From Anaerohalosphaeraceae bacterium (GTDB lineage: Bacteria; Planctomycetota; Phycisphaerae; Sedimentisphaerales; Anaerohalosphaeraceae): a stretch of 64,000 nt of DNA. Location of the stretch: positions 64,001 through 128,000 of the forward strand of contig CAXXSL010000005.1 of the NCBI GenBank assembly GCA_963675525.2, read 5' to 3'. Within the stretch, counting starts at the first letter, position 1. Every line of letters begins with the position of its first letter. The translations under genes and the position numbers were made by a program. Under the pieces are notes generated by a model. That model was not told the origin of the DNA. It searched no databases and worked only from the letters and a program-made list of their open reading frames with translations. Below, in pieces: positions 49,549 through 59,475 of the stretch.

Positions 49549-50641
49549 CAGATTTTGTTTATTACGAAAACAGATGCCGGGTTTTTCGCTGACGGAGATG
49601 CTGATCGCCACGGGTATCATGGCGATCGGTCTGGTGATGGTCGCGACGATCTTTCCGGTGGGCATGAAGCTGACGGGGTTGTCGGCGGAGCGCTCGGTTG
49701 CGGCGGTGGCGGCCGATGAAGCCTTTGTCAAGATACAGCTTTACGGCCTGCGGGATTTTGCCGACTGGCCGGCGGCGCAGATAGAGACAGCAAACGGGAA
49801 CCCCAATTATGCGATCTCGACAGATGCGACGTATGATTTTTGTGACGATTTTATGTTTACGACGGAAGTGATTGTTGATCCCGTCGATGCTTTTTGGGGA
49901 ACGGGTGATGATATCTTCACCAGTCCTGGGCTGGACGGGGACTATTTAACCGGAGGTGATAACGCAATCGTTGATCTGGCCAATGAATTCCTGTATCCCT
50001 CTGTTGCCTTGTCACTGCCGGAAGAGCACAGATACCACTGGTCGGCCTTGTGCCGCCGGGCGGGCGATGAAGATGTGCAGGCGACCGTCTTTGTGACACG
50101 CAGGAGTTTTCCAGGGGTCAGCTATTACGGATATTTTATTGACAGGACCGCAAATCCTACGAACCCTGCGATCGTTTACGGTAACACCGGTATCTGGCCT
50201 GCGCCCGTACCGATCAATGTGGAGTACGATCCGACTGATACATCAACATCGACTTATCTTAGAGAATTGGAAATTCTGCTGACCGATCCTGATTTGACGG
50301 ATACCATAGATAATACACAGTGGGACGCCATTTCTGGATTAACAAATACGGTTTACTCGTTTTTTGACGAAGGTTATACGATTGTCAATAATCGTGACGG
50401 CAGGATTTACCGTATTCTGGAAATGAGAGATGAACTTCCGCAGCCTGTCAGTGACGGAATACCGGATACAATGGTGCTGTACGAGGACTGGCAGTGGGAC
50501 GGTTACGATTCGGACCCGCTGAATCTGCCAAATACGGTTCAGACAGAAACCGTTTGGGTCGTTCCGCCGGGGTTTGACAGCAGCCGGTATCCCTGTGTGG
50601 GGGTGTTTCAAAAAGTGATCCGTTTCGACGATATTCAATAA
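49541..50641 (+). CDS. Minor pilin, GspI/PilV-like (enlarged)
   Basis: PG|FSLTEMLIATGIMAIGL..FPVG; position in the H-I-J-K order. Confidence 0.75.
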   Translation: MNNRFCLLRKQMPGFSLTEMLIATGIMAIGLVMVATIFPVGMKLTGLSAERSVAAVAADEAFVKIQLYGLRDFADWPAAQIETANGNPNYAISTDATYDFCDDFMFTTEVIVDPVDAFWGTGDDIFTSPGLDGDYLTGGDNAIVDLANEFLYPSVALSLPEEHRYHWSALCRRAGDEDVQATVFVTRRSFPGVSYYGYFIDRTANPTNPAIVYGNTGIWPAPVPINVEYDPTDTSTSTYLRELEILLTDPDLTDTIDNTQWDAISGLTNTVYSFFDEGYTIVNNRDGRIYRILEMRDELPQPVSDGIPDTMVLYEDWQWDGYDSDPLNLPNTVQTETVWVVPPGFDSSRYPCVGVFQKVIRFDDIQ

Positions 50642-50703
50642 AAAACGGTTTAAAATAATCTGTGAAATCAGTGTTAATCTGTATCAAAAAAACTGGTGGA
50701 TTT

Positions 50704-51891
50704 GTGGCAAAAGATAAAAACAAGGCGTTTACGGTTATTGAGTTGCTGGTGGCGATGGGCCTGCTGGTAATCTTGATGGGGTTGTCGAGTGTGGTTTTTT
50801 CCACGACGGTCAGATCGCACCGTATGGCGATGGCGACCATCGAGATCACCCGAAAGCTGAACGCGATCACCAATCAGCTCAATGCCGATTTCAGAGGCTT
50901 GCGCAACGATGCACCGATGATGGTTTGGTTTGATTCGCGTCCTTCCGGAAGCGCCGAAGAGCGGTTTGACATGATCCACTTTTTCGCTGACGGCGATTTT
51001 CAGACGGCCGGGCAGTATAATTACGACAGCGATGGTGACGGGCTTCCTGACGGCGATAAAACGGTTGCCGGTAATATCGCACGGGTTTTTTACGGCCATG
51101 CCAATTCGGTTTTAGTTGATTTAACGGCTGTCCCCCCCGTACTGCCGGATTTCGATTCTTCTCAGGTTCAGGTTCTGTCACGTAAATCACATATCCTGAC
51201 GGCAGACAATGAGATTTTCTCCATTTATAGAGAAATTCCGCTGATTTCCAACGATCCGGCAACGCCTTATGTTATCGATTACAGCCGATTCGCAGTGAAC
51301 TTTGGCGGTCCGGACGAAAACCTGCTTGAGTTCAATACGATCTCCCTGACAAACTGGATCAATGCGTTGAATTATCTTGACCCGGGCAATGCGTTCAACC
51401 CTGACAATGCGGATGCATTCATTAATTTCTGTATGGATGACAACTACCGTCCCTATGTAAATGTGACGGACAGCTCAACACTGCACTTGCTGATGTTGCA
51501 AGATATTGGGAGCTTCCGGGTACAATGGGCCTATACAAATGATGACTTGCGGGATGTGACGAATGCCAATGCCATACCGAGTCCTCCCTTGTTTTCCGGC
51601 GTCCGCTGGTGGCCCAGTGTTGATCCGGCAGGGGATGGGAGCGATAGATCTGATTTTGATCCAATGGTGATGAACACCAGTACATTGGGTGTTTATTTCG
51701 AGTTGCCCAACGGAACAAATGCGGTGACCGACTGGTTTGATATTTCGGGGTGCAGAACGATCAACAACACAACGTTTTTTGACGGTGACTTTTATCCGAG
51801 GGCACTGAGGTTTACATTTACGCTGCATGATTCAAGAGGGATTTTTCCCAACGGCAGAACATTTACACATATTGTCTATTTGGACAATTGA
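50704..51891 (+). CDS. Minor pilin, GspJ/PilW-like
   Basis: KA|FTVIELLVAM; QLNADF; C-terminal PRALRFTFTL. Confidence 0.78.
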   Translation: MAKDKNKAFTVIELLVAMGLLVILMGLSSVVFSTTVRSHRMAMATIEITRKLNAITNQLNADFRGLRNDAPMMVWFDSRPSGSAEERFDMIHFFADGDFQTAGQYNYDSDGDGLPDGDKTVAGNIARVFYGHANSVLVDLTAVPPVLPDFDSSQVQVLSRKSHILTADNEIFSIYREIPLISNDPATPYVIDYSRFAVNFGGPDENLLEFNTISLTNWINALNYLDPGNAFNPDNADAFINFCMDDNYRPYVNVTDSSTLHLLMLQDIGSFRVQWAYTNDDLRDVTNANAIPSPPLFSGVRWWPSVDPAGDGSDRSDFDPMVMNTSTLGVYFELPNGTNAVTDWFDISGCRTINNTTFFDGDFYPRALRFTFTLHDSRGIFPNGRTFTHIVYLDN

Positions 51892-51893
51892 TT

Positions 51894-54800
51894 ATGATGA
51901 AAAACACGAAACAACATAGAAAACGTGGAGCGGCACTGATTCTGGTGGTCGTCGTAACCGTACTGTTGGCGGTGATCGGGACGATGTTCCTGATGACGTC
52001 ACGCGTCAGTGAAATGGAAACCGTGGCGGTGACGGATGAACGCGATCTCAAAGCGGCCGTCGAAACGGTCGTCGGCCGGATCGATGAGGTGCTGGTGGAG
52101 GATTTGTTCGGCATTGATCCAAGTATTATCAATGCCAACGCGGCAAACTTCGATGCTGATGAACCGTATGATTATCCTGCACACAACCTCGATGAGGACG
52201 CAGGCCCGGATGGGATTCCGGGTAATGGGGATGATGTTCCTTTTATAGCGGGTCCAGATGGCGTTTACTGGACGAGTGACGATATACCCCTTCCCGGCAA
52301 TCTGGATGACTGCTGGCTGGCTTCATTGGAACCCGTATGGTCGGATGATAATGGAACGCCTGCTGATCCATATGACGATATTTATGTTTGGCCGCATATC
52401 ACTGACTTGTGGGGTACATTACAGGTTGAGGTTGACAGTTTGTTTACACAATCATATCAAAATCCATCAGTTCGATGGATCGACCCGCACAATATCAACG
52501 ACCAGACGACATGGGACCAACCGGCTGAATGGGATTTATGGCAGGTTTCTGCTGACAATGTCGAGGCCAGGGTCATAGCTTACGCGGACCGAATGGATAC
52601 GATTGCCATTGTCGGAGGAACAGCTCCCGCTTCATGGGATGCCGCGGTTAACCAAATGCCTTTCGGTGCGAGGGCGGATGCCGATGGAGATGGTGTTGCC
52701 GACAGCCGCTGGGTGAGGATCCCCAATCTGACGACCAGCCGGGGCAGGGATGTCTTTGCCGCGGTCCGAATCATCGATAACTGTGCCATGCTGAACCTCA
52801 ATGCCGCTCATTGCTTTTATCAGGATTCCTATGCTGCAGCATCGGCAACCTCACCCTATGTGAATCCGTGGAATTATTTCAACCAAACCGGCCCGACGAC
52901 ATGGATACCGATGCCGTATTATAATCCTGTATCCGGAATTGGCAGATATTTAACAGAGATCAATTATCTGCCTTTTTTACGCGGGCATGATTTAAACGGT
53001 GGCTTTTGGGGCGGGACAACCGGGGATAACTGGCTAAACATTATGATAGCCAGAAACATGGCTTTCACAGGAACGATTACTGGATTTGGAAACAATTATA
53101 TTCCTATTTCTCCTGAAGAAAGCCAGAATATATTCTTTAATTTTGATAATCCGAACTATAGCGGCTCTTTCTTTGATATCAGCGATGAATTAGAGATTCG
53201 GAATCGATATTTGGTGACGTCATACGTTGAATCGCGATTTGAGCAGCCTGCGGTGGCCAATTTTACACTGGATTCCGCTAATGGCGGCGGTGGAGCATAT
53301 GCGGCTTTGGAAGTGCCGCGTGATGCAACAAATGATTTTGGAAGTTGGACGCGGCGTATTGATCCGATCAATTTTGATCAATGGGATGCTTCGGGTGCGA
53401 TTCCGGTTTTCCCAATGCCTGATCCTTATGAATACGACCGCCGGCATGTGTGCACATTTTACAGTCTTGACCGGAATTTCCGGCAGGGCGATTATCCGCT
53501 GCTGGATTCGGAGATTGGAACTTATGCGAATGCAAATTGGGCCGCTGCCCGTTATGCGAGTGCGGCGGCCTATAGAGCATATCTTTGGGAACGCTGGGGG
53601 GCTGTTTTTACGCCGATAGGGCCCGTGACAACGAACATTGAAAATCCCGATGCCGCCCGGACCTTTGATAATGTTGAAACACGCAGACGGATTTTGCATC
53701 TGCTGTATGCCCTGCGGGAGTATTATCTTCCGGCAAACTATTTTTCTTTGCCGGCGGCTCAGCAGGCAACCGAAAGGAATGCCGCCGCCCTGAGAGCCGC
53801 TCAGATTGTGGCCAATCTGATTGATTTCTCAGATGATAGCTCGGCCAATACGTCCACTGCAGGAACTCCTTATCCTGTTGGCGAAACTTATGGACCGTTT
53901 TATGGTCAGCCTTATACATTACCGGGTCCTTTTCTCATTGACTATGGCCAGCAGGCAAATGCGAATTGTACATTTATCACAAGACAGGTTGTCAATCAGT
54001 TGCTGTTTGAAGTCAGCCAGTATGAACTTGGAGTTGGGAATACGGCACTTGATTTTGGTTTGAACGCGACGGATATTGTTTTCGGCTATGAACGCCAGCC
54101 GTTTATTTCGGAGGTCTATACCAATTGGAATACTGCTAATGCTGTCGGTGCAGAGTTGGATACCTTTGCCATCGAACTGGTTAATCCGTATGACACTCCC
54201 ATTGATCTTCTCGGCTGGACATTACGAATTGGGGCCTTCACCCATACGTTTATCGCTTCCCCGGGTAATACGACAACTGTTCCGGCCTACAGCCCGACGA
54301 CCGGTTTAGGCCGGCTCGTGATCAATTTCAATAATTCAGCAGCAGTACCCGGCGGTGCGTTTTCCTACAATATTTCGGGAGTTAACCTCCCAATACTGCA
54401 AATGCGGATTACCGGCGCCAGGGCGAATATTGATTTGCTTCGGCCCGCCCCCGCAATTCCTGCGGCATGGGGTTTTACCGTTCCTGATCTGTATGCCGAT
54501 CATGTTGCCAACGCAGATATATTAAGGGTTGTTGCTGTGACATTTCCCGGTCTGAACTCTCTTAAACGAAGTGACACGAACTGGGAATTTATTTACGATC
54601 AATACGAAGCTCAGAACTCGCTTGGGGGACCCTTTACGAGTACGCTCGGCCAGCCGAATGGAACCGTTACTCTTCCATTTCCAATTCCTGCCGCACAGCA
54701 GTTTCAACTGGCTGTGCCCAATGATCAGTTTCCTGTTTGCCGGTGGCATGACTTGGAGGTTTTGTCGCTCTTTGGAAACGGCTCTTCGACGGCTGTTCCG

Positions 54801-55415
54801 GCCAGGATCATTACCAACTCAATTTCGACCACTGCTGCCGGAAGACGCTTTTATGATCTGGCCGGAGCGACCAATAATCCACTCGAATATCTGTGTACGA
54901 TGAACCGCCCGGATGTGGGGACCTTGCCCGGGCGGATCAATATCAATACCGCGCCGGTGCATGTGATCGCCGCGGCGATTCCGCCGATGCTGGTTGCTCC
55001 GAGTGTTTCTGACCCGAACGGTACGGTTACAGACTCAGCATTGGATTATGCGCAGGCCATTGTTGACAGGCGAAACACTGTCGGGCCTTTTGAAAGGTTG
55101 AGTGACCTGCTGAATATTACTGGAGTGCCTGGCTTGACACCCGATTTCCGGCTCTATGCCAATGACCCCAACGATTACTATAATGCCGGACAGCAAAGCA
55201 TCGAAAATGACATCGAGGAACGGGACTGGATCTTGTCGAATCTGGCCAATAAGTTTACGGTTCGCAGCGATGTCTTTACGGCCTATATTCTGGTGCGTCT
55301 GGGCGAGAATGGCCCCCAGCGGCGGATGATCGCGATTTTTGACCGCAGCGGCGTCTGGACACCGGAAGATCGACCAAGACTGGTGGCCCTGCATCCGGTA
55401 CCGGACCCGCGATAG
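51894..55415 (+). CDS. Very large GspK/PilX-like tip pseudopilin
   Basis: RG|AALILVV (no Glu+5), IIDNCAMLNLN, GRININTAP, AQAIVDRR..GPFERLSDLL, TVRSDVFTAY. Confidence 0.78.
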   Translation: MMKNTKQHRKRGAALILVVVVTVLLAVIGTMFLMTSRVSEMETVAVTDERDLKAAVETVVGRIDEVLVEDLFGIDPSIINANAANFDADEPYDYPAHNLDEDAGPDGIPGNGDDVPFIAGPDGVYWTSDDIPLPGNLDDCWLASLEPVWSDDNGTPADPYDDIYVWPHITDLWGTLQVEVDSLFTQSYQNPSVRWIDPHNINDQTTWDQPAEWDLWQVSADNVEARVIAYADRMDTIAIVGGTAPASWDAAVNQMPFGARADADGDGVADSRWVRIPNLTTSRGRDVFAAVRIIDNCAMLNLNAAHCFYQDSYAAASATSPYVNPWNYFNQTGPTTWIPMPYYNPVSGIGRYLTEINYLPFLRGHDLNGGFWGGTTGDNWLNIMIARNMAFTGTITGFGNNYIPISPEESQNIFFNFDNPNYSGSFFDISDELEIRNRYLVTSYVESRFEQPAVANFTLDSANGGGGAYAALEVPRDATNDFGSWTRRIDPINFDQWDASGAIPVFPMPDPYEYDRRHVCTFYSLDRNFRQGDYPLLDSEIGTYANANWAAARYASAAAYRAYLWERWGAVFTPIGPVTTNIENPDAARTFDNVETRRRILHLLYALREYYLPANYFSLPAAQQATERNAAALRAAQIVANLIDFSDDSSANTSTAGTPYPVGETYGPFYGQPYTLPGPFLIDYGQQANANCTFITRQVVNQLLFEVSQYELGVGNTALDFGLNATDIVFGYERQPFISEVYTNWNTANAVGAELDTFAIELVNPYDTPIDLLGWTLRIGAFTHTFIASPGNTTTVPAYSPTTGLGRLVINFNNSAAVPGGAFSYNISGVNLPILQMRITGARANIDLLRPAPAIPAAWGFTVPDLYADHVANADILRVVAVTFPGLNSLKRSDTNWEFIYDQYEAQNSLGGPFTSTLGQPNGTVTLPFPIPAAQQFQLAVPNDQFPVCRWHDLEVLSLFGNGSSTAVPARIITNSISTTAAGRRFYDLAGATNNPLEYLCTMNRPDVGTLPGRININTAPVHVIAAAIPPMLVAPSVSDPNGTVTDSALDYAQAIVDRRNTVGPFERLSDLLNITGVPGLTPDFRLYANDPNDYYNAGQQSIENDIEERDWILSNLANKFTVRSDVFTAYILVRLGENGPQRRMIAIFDRSGVWTPEDRPRLVALHPVPDPR

Positions 55416-55508
55416 AGAACAGAGAATACGGCGATTGTCATAGTCGTCTTAATTGTTATTGCGGTTTTGATATCGTGGCCGTCTTAACCGGTTACGACCG
55501 TCTTGACT

Positions 55509-55535
55509 GTCATTCCCGCGAAGGCGGGAATCCAG
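55509..55535 (+). repeat. REP-like palindrome GTCATTCCCGCGAAGGCGGGAATCCAG (left flank of GIY-YIG gene)
   Basis: TTCCCGC-GAAG-GCGGGAA hairpin preceded by GTCA. Confidence 0.85.
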
Positions 55536-55577
55536 CGACAGCAGAACGACGTTATAAGGAGCAAGAGTCCATAGGGC

Positions 55578-55910
55578 ATGAAGGATTATTTCGTTTATAT
55601 ACTGGCCAGTCAGCCAAAGTGAACACTTTATATTGGTGTTACGAATGACCTGTACCACCGCGTCCAGGAGCACAAACACAGGCTCGTGGAAGGCTTCACG
55701 AAAAAACATTATGTGCATCAATTGGTGCACTTTGAGCAGTTTCACACGATTCAGAGGGCCATTGAGCGGGAGAAACAACTTAAGAAATGGAACCGTGCGT
55801 GGAAAGTCCGGCTGATTGAGGAGACCAATCCCGACTGGAATGATTTATTTTATCACGATTGTCCAAATGCACCAAGACCCGGTAATCATGAAAGCGTTGG
55901 CGGGGTGTGA
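55578..55910 (+). pseudogene. Small GIY-YIG nuclease with in-frame TGA at 55620-55622
   Basis: MKDYFVYILASQPK*TLYIGVTNDL..RVQEHK..GFTKKH..AIEREKQLKKWNRAWK..NPDWNDL. Confidence 0.88.
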
Positions 55911-55914
55911 AACG

Positions 55915-55941
55915 CTGGACCCCCGCCTGTGCGGGGGTGAC
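55915..55941 (-). repeat. REP-like palindrome GTCACCCCCGCACAGGCGGGGGTCCAG (right flank, inverted)
   Basis: Inverted copy of the 55509 element with compensatory stem changes. Confidence 0.85.
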
Positions 55942-55955
55942 GAGAGAAGTGAGGA

Positions 55956-55987
55956 TGGCTCTGCATCCGGTTCCCGACCCGCGATAA
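55956..55987 (+). repeat. Diverged duplicate of the last 32 bp of the GspK-like gene (55384-55415)
   Basis: 28/32 identical; both read ALHPVPDPR-stop. Confidence 0.85.
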
Positions 55988-55998
55988 CAGCAAACTCG

Positions 55999-56071
55999 TG
56001 TCATCCTGAGGCGAAGTGAAGGATCTCGTCGCTGGAGGTTCTTTCCCGATAAATCGGGACTCAGAATGACA
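55999..56071. repeat. Second-family REP-like element with internal palindrome
   Basis: Terminal IR TGTCATCCTGAG / CTCAGAATGACA; internal TCCCGATAAATCGGGA at 56044-56059. Confidence 0.7.
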
Positions 56072-56115
56072 TTTTCGGGTACAGAATGGTATTTTCAGGT
56101 ACGTTTTTATGGCGC

Positions 56116-56157
56116 AAAAAAAATGACCCCGCGGCCGGTTTCAGCAGCGGGGTCATT
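56116..56157 (-). terminator. Rho-independent terminator for the minus-strand gene ending at 56175
   Basis: AATGACCCCGC..GCGGGGTCATT stem followed by a T tract on the minus strand. Confidence 0.7.
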
Positions 56158-56174
56158 GTCGGTGATTATTTACA

Positions 56175-58015
56175 TTAGGGGGTTTCCGCTGCCGGGGCGG
56201 GTTGCTGCGGCATCATCTTTTGCTGAATCTGCATCGCGGCATTCATAATTTCCATGAGGTGCTGCTTGGGCAGGATGATTCGCATTCCGCCTTGCCCGTC
56301 GGCGCTGTATCCGCCGATGGCTAAACTGCTCTGTGACGGCAGGTCCAGACCGCTGAAATCAGGCAATCGGCGACGGCTGGCCTTCACAGCCGGCTTGCAT
56401 GATCGGTCCCATGCTCTGCATCATGTCGCCCAATCCGGTCATCAATTTAATGATATTGACACTGCAGAAAAAAATCCATGTTGGGTGTATTCTGCAGAAG
56501 GTCGAAAGCGGTTTTGGTTTCACCCGTTGCCGGAGCGGAAGCATTCCGGTCGACGAGCGCCTTGACATCGGCCTCGCTGTCGGTCCCCATGGTAAACATA
56601 ATATGTGTCATCCGTATGTGCGGCGGTATAGGTCAGGCCGTCGCCATAGACTTGATTCATCATCGCCTGCATCGGGTCATTCGGGTCATCCGAGGGCGGG
56701 AACGTCAATACGATCTTATCGATCGTTGCGTTTCTTATACGTTGACACCTCCGGCTGGTATTCGAAGGGACATCGGCAGGCCGATGGCCTTATAAAAATC
56801 GCCCGCCATATCCATGCTTTCATTCGTGAGTTTCTGCATGGCAGCCATGTCTTTGGCGCCGAAGACTTCATGAAACTTAAAACGGCGGCTGGCCTTTCGC
56901 ATACGAGAACGAAAAGGCGATTTCGTCGCCCATCGCCGCCAGCATTTTGTGCGTCAGATCTTTCATCTTTACAATCTGTTTCGGTCAGCGATGCATCGGG
57001 GCCGGATTCTTCCATGATGTCAAAAAAGTATGGCATACATCTTTTGCATCGACGGTTGATCGACTTTCATCAATCCATTTACAGCGTTGTTTGTTGTCCA
57101 GATAGCCCGTATAGGCAAAACCCGTCTTTGGCTTTCGGGTTGGCGACGAGCAGATCCGCCAGTTTCGGTGGCGTCTTTGGCACGTAGCGAGATATTCATG
57201 CTCAAACGCCGTCGGTTTCCGGCGTCAATGCGATCGTGGCCGAATCCGCATCGCCGGCGAATTGCTTGAAACAGGCCCCGTATAAATACCGATATAAAAC
57301 TTACCGAATTCTCCCATCACCCCGCTCATCGCCTTGGACATTTCCGTTTCGGCCTTTTCCATCTCCGCCATGACCATCGGGCTGAATTGGTCATACAGCG
57401 CCGCCAGGTTGATATACCCCCATACCGGTGCGGCCACTGCTTCCTTGGCCTGTGCGGCGTTGAGTTTTTCCCGCTAACGGGGTTGTTGTGCCGCTCAAGG
57501 CGGTTTTTCAGAGTTTGCCAGTTTTTCCTTTTTTCGGATTCCGGGAGGACGATGGGCGTATTTTGCCGCCGCCCGCTTCGGCCAGTGCGAAACCGCCCAT
57601 GGGTGAATTGGGCGACGAAAGAATGGTGAACCCGTCTGCGCCTACGGTACAGTTTTGCATTGGTTTTGACGAATTCGCCATAATTGGTAACCGGCACAAG
57701 GAGACCGACCGTCATGTCCGACAATCCGACCACCGTGAACGTCCCGTTCATTTCAATCCCGGTGAGCATGGAGTCGCCGACAACGTCCGCCAACTGCTGG
57801 TTGACCATCATGGTGGTGCTGATAGGGGCCACGCCGGCGAGGTACTGGTCCATTTTTTGCCAGTGATCCGTTGAGATCATTGATTCTTACGCAGAACATA
57901 CAATCTTCGGGAAGCATTTCCAGAACAGGGTCGTCTGCAGCGTAAAACATTGCCGACGGAACAAATGATAATCAGGGCACAAATGAGGAATTTAAAATAT
58001 TTGATGCGTTTTCAT
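56175..58015 (-). CDS. Hypothetical exported protein, heavily frameshifted in this sequence
   Basis: Consecutive coding-like fragments (DPVLEMLPEDCMFCVRINDL, VWGYINLAALY, DPMQAMMNQVYG, RIILPKQHLMEIM); AGGA RBS before ATG 58015. Confidence 0.55.
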
Positions 58016-58190
58016 AAGCTATTCCTTTCAAAAATGGGGGGTTCTTTCTATTCCAAGACGCATTTAATATAAATCCGTTTTCATTTTTTTCCACAAGATA
58101 TTTTATTTTTTCCGTAAAAAAGTTCCAACGTGTGATTGTAAATTTTCTGATTAGTGGCTAGTATCCCAAAATATTCGGCATTATAGTCCC

Positions 58191-58941
58191 TTAATGAGAC
58201 GGGAAATATAGGGTTACCATGAAAATCAGAAACAATACCGCCAGCCTGTTGGATAATGATGGCCCCGGCGGCAATGTCCCCACAGTTTGGATGAGACCGC
58301 TGCCATGCCGATCATTGCGCCTTTGGCCACGCAGGCCAAATGCAAAGCCGTTGAGCCCAGACTGCGAAAGCGGGTTTGCCGCATCATTTCCCTGACGCCG
58401 TTTGTTCGTTTCGGGATTTAAATGGCTGTCTACAGCGAAAACTGGCAAAACTGATTAATATCGTCTTCGCTGACGGTTACCGACGATCCGTTTCATCATC
58501 GCATCGGTGCCCTCTGCGGCGGTATACATTGAATCGGTCATCGGGTCAAATATGACGCCGAGGACGGGTTTCCCTTCGACCATAACCGCTATACTGACGC
58601 AAAATAAAAATAACCCGCTAGCATAATTGTTGGTTCCGTCGATGGGATCGATGACCCACCAGACGGAAGTGCCGGTCCGGGGGCGGACAATGGAGCAGTT
58701 TTTCCGTCCGGTCCCTCTTCGGCGATCACTCCATGCTCGGGGATATTGTTGTCGAATATGGTCGATAATGATTGTTTTGACAAGCCGAATCCGCTTGCGT
58801 AACAATTTTCATTTCCGTTTTTTAACGGTTCGGCGGATACACCGCAACTGCTCCTTTGCATGCTGGCCGGCCAGGGCGGGCAGCTGCAATAGCGGTTTCC
58901 AGCATTTGGCTCAGTTCTGGGGATGGTCGTGTCATAAGCAT
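58191..58941 (-). CDS. Inositol monophosphatase family protein (frameshifted in this sequence)
   Basis: WWVIDPIDGTNNY motif, SIAV..GKPVLGVIFDP..MYTA. Confidence 0.75.
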
Positions 58942-58951
58942 CCTTTCTGTC

Positions 58952-58980
58952 TTGACAAGCTGTTTGGCGGGGTCTATTGT
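58952..58980 (+). promoter_or_regulatory. Candidate sigma70 promoter
   Basis: TTGACA-N17-TATTGT just upstream of ATG 58990. Confidence 0.4.
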
Positions 58981-58989
58981 AACGGAACA

Positions 58990-59475
58990 ATGAAATCAGG
59001 CCAATATTCAAATTTTAAAAAAACCGAAAAGCTTTCACGCGGTTGCCAGGATTACCGCAACCGTATTTTTTTTGTACCCTGTTTTGCGATAGGGGTCATT
59101 TTTGTGGGCCTCGGCAAAAGGATACATCCGTCTTGGTCCATTATTGGGGGTGTGCGGTTTTTAAAACAACGCTTTGGACTGCCATGTCCGGGATGCGGTT
59201 GGACCCATGCCGGGCAGGCTTTTTTTACGGGCCATATTCTTGAGGCATTTTGGATTCAGCCGGCGGCCGGAGTTTTTTTGCTTCGTTGCCGTCTTTGCTG
59301 CGATTTTTTTCTTTACATTGCGCCCTGTTTGGTATAGATTTTGGTTTTCTGAAATACCTGTTTTAAATCAGCATCAGGTATGAGTGTCCCTGTTGATATC
59401 CGCAGTGGTTGTGATCATGGCAGGATGGGTTGTTTACGCTGATAAGGTCGATTCTTGAAAAACTCGGGAACTTAA
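58990..59475 (+). CDS. DUF2752-like membrane protein (frameshifted; 3' end approximate)
   Basis: FGLPCPGCGWT..F..GHILEAF..QP motif. Confidence 0.65.

Noticed and set aside
55620..55622. In-frame TGA at a conserved Gly as evidence of stop-codon reassignment or selenocysteine
   Set aside because: TGA is a normal stop in other genes here (ahbC, nqrD, cinA); the position is Gly, not Cys; a single GGA to TGA change explains it
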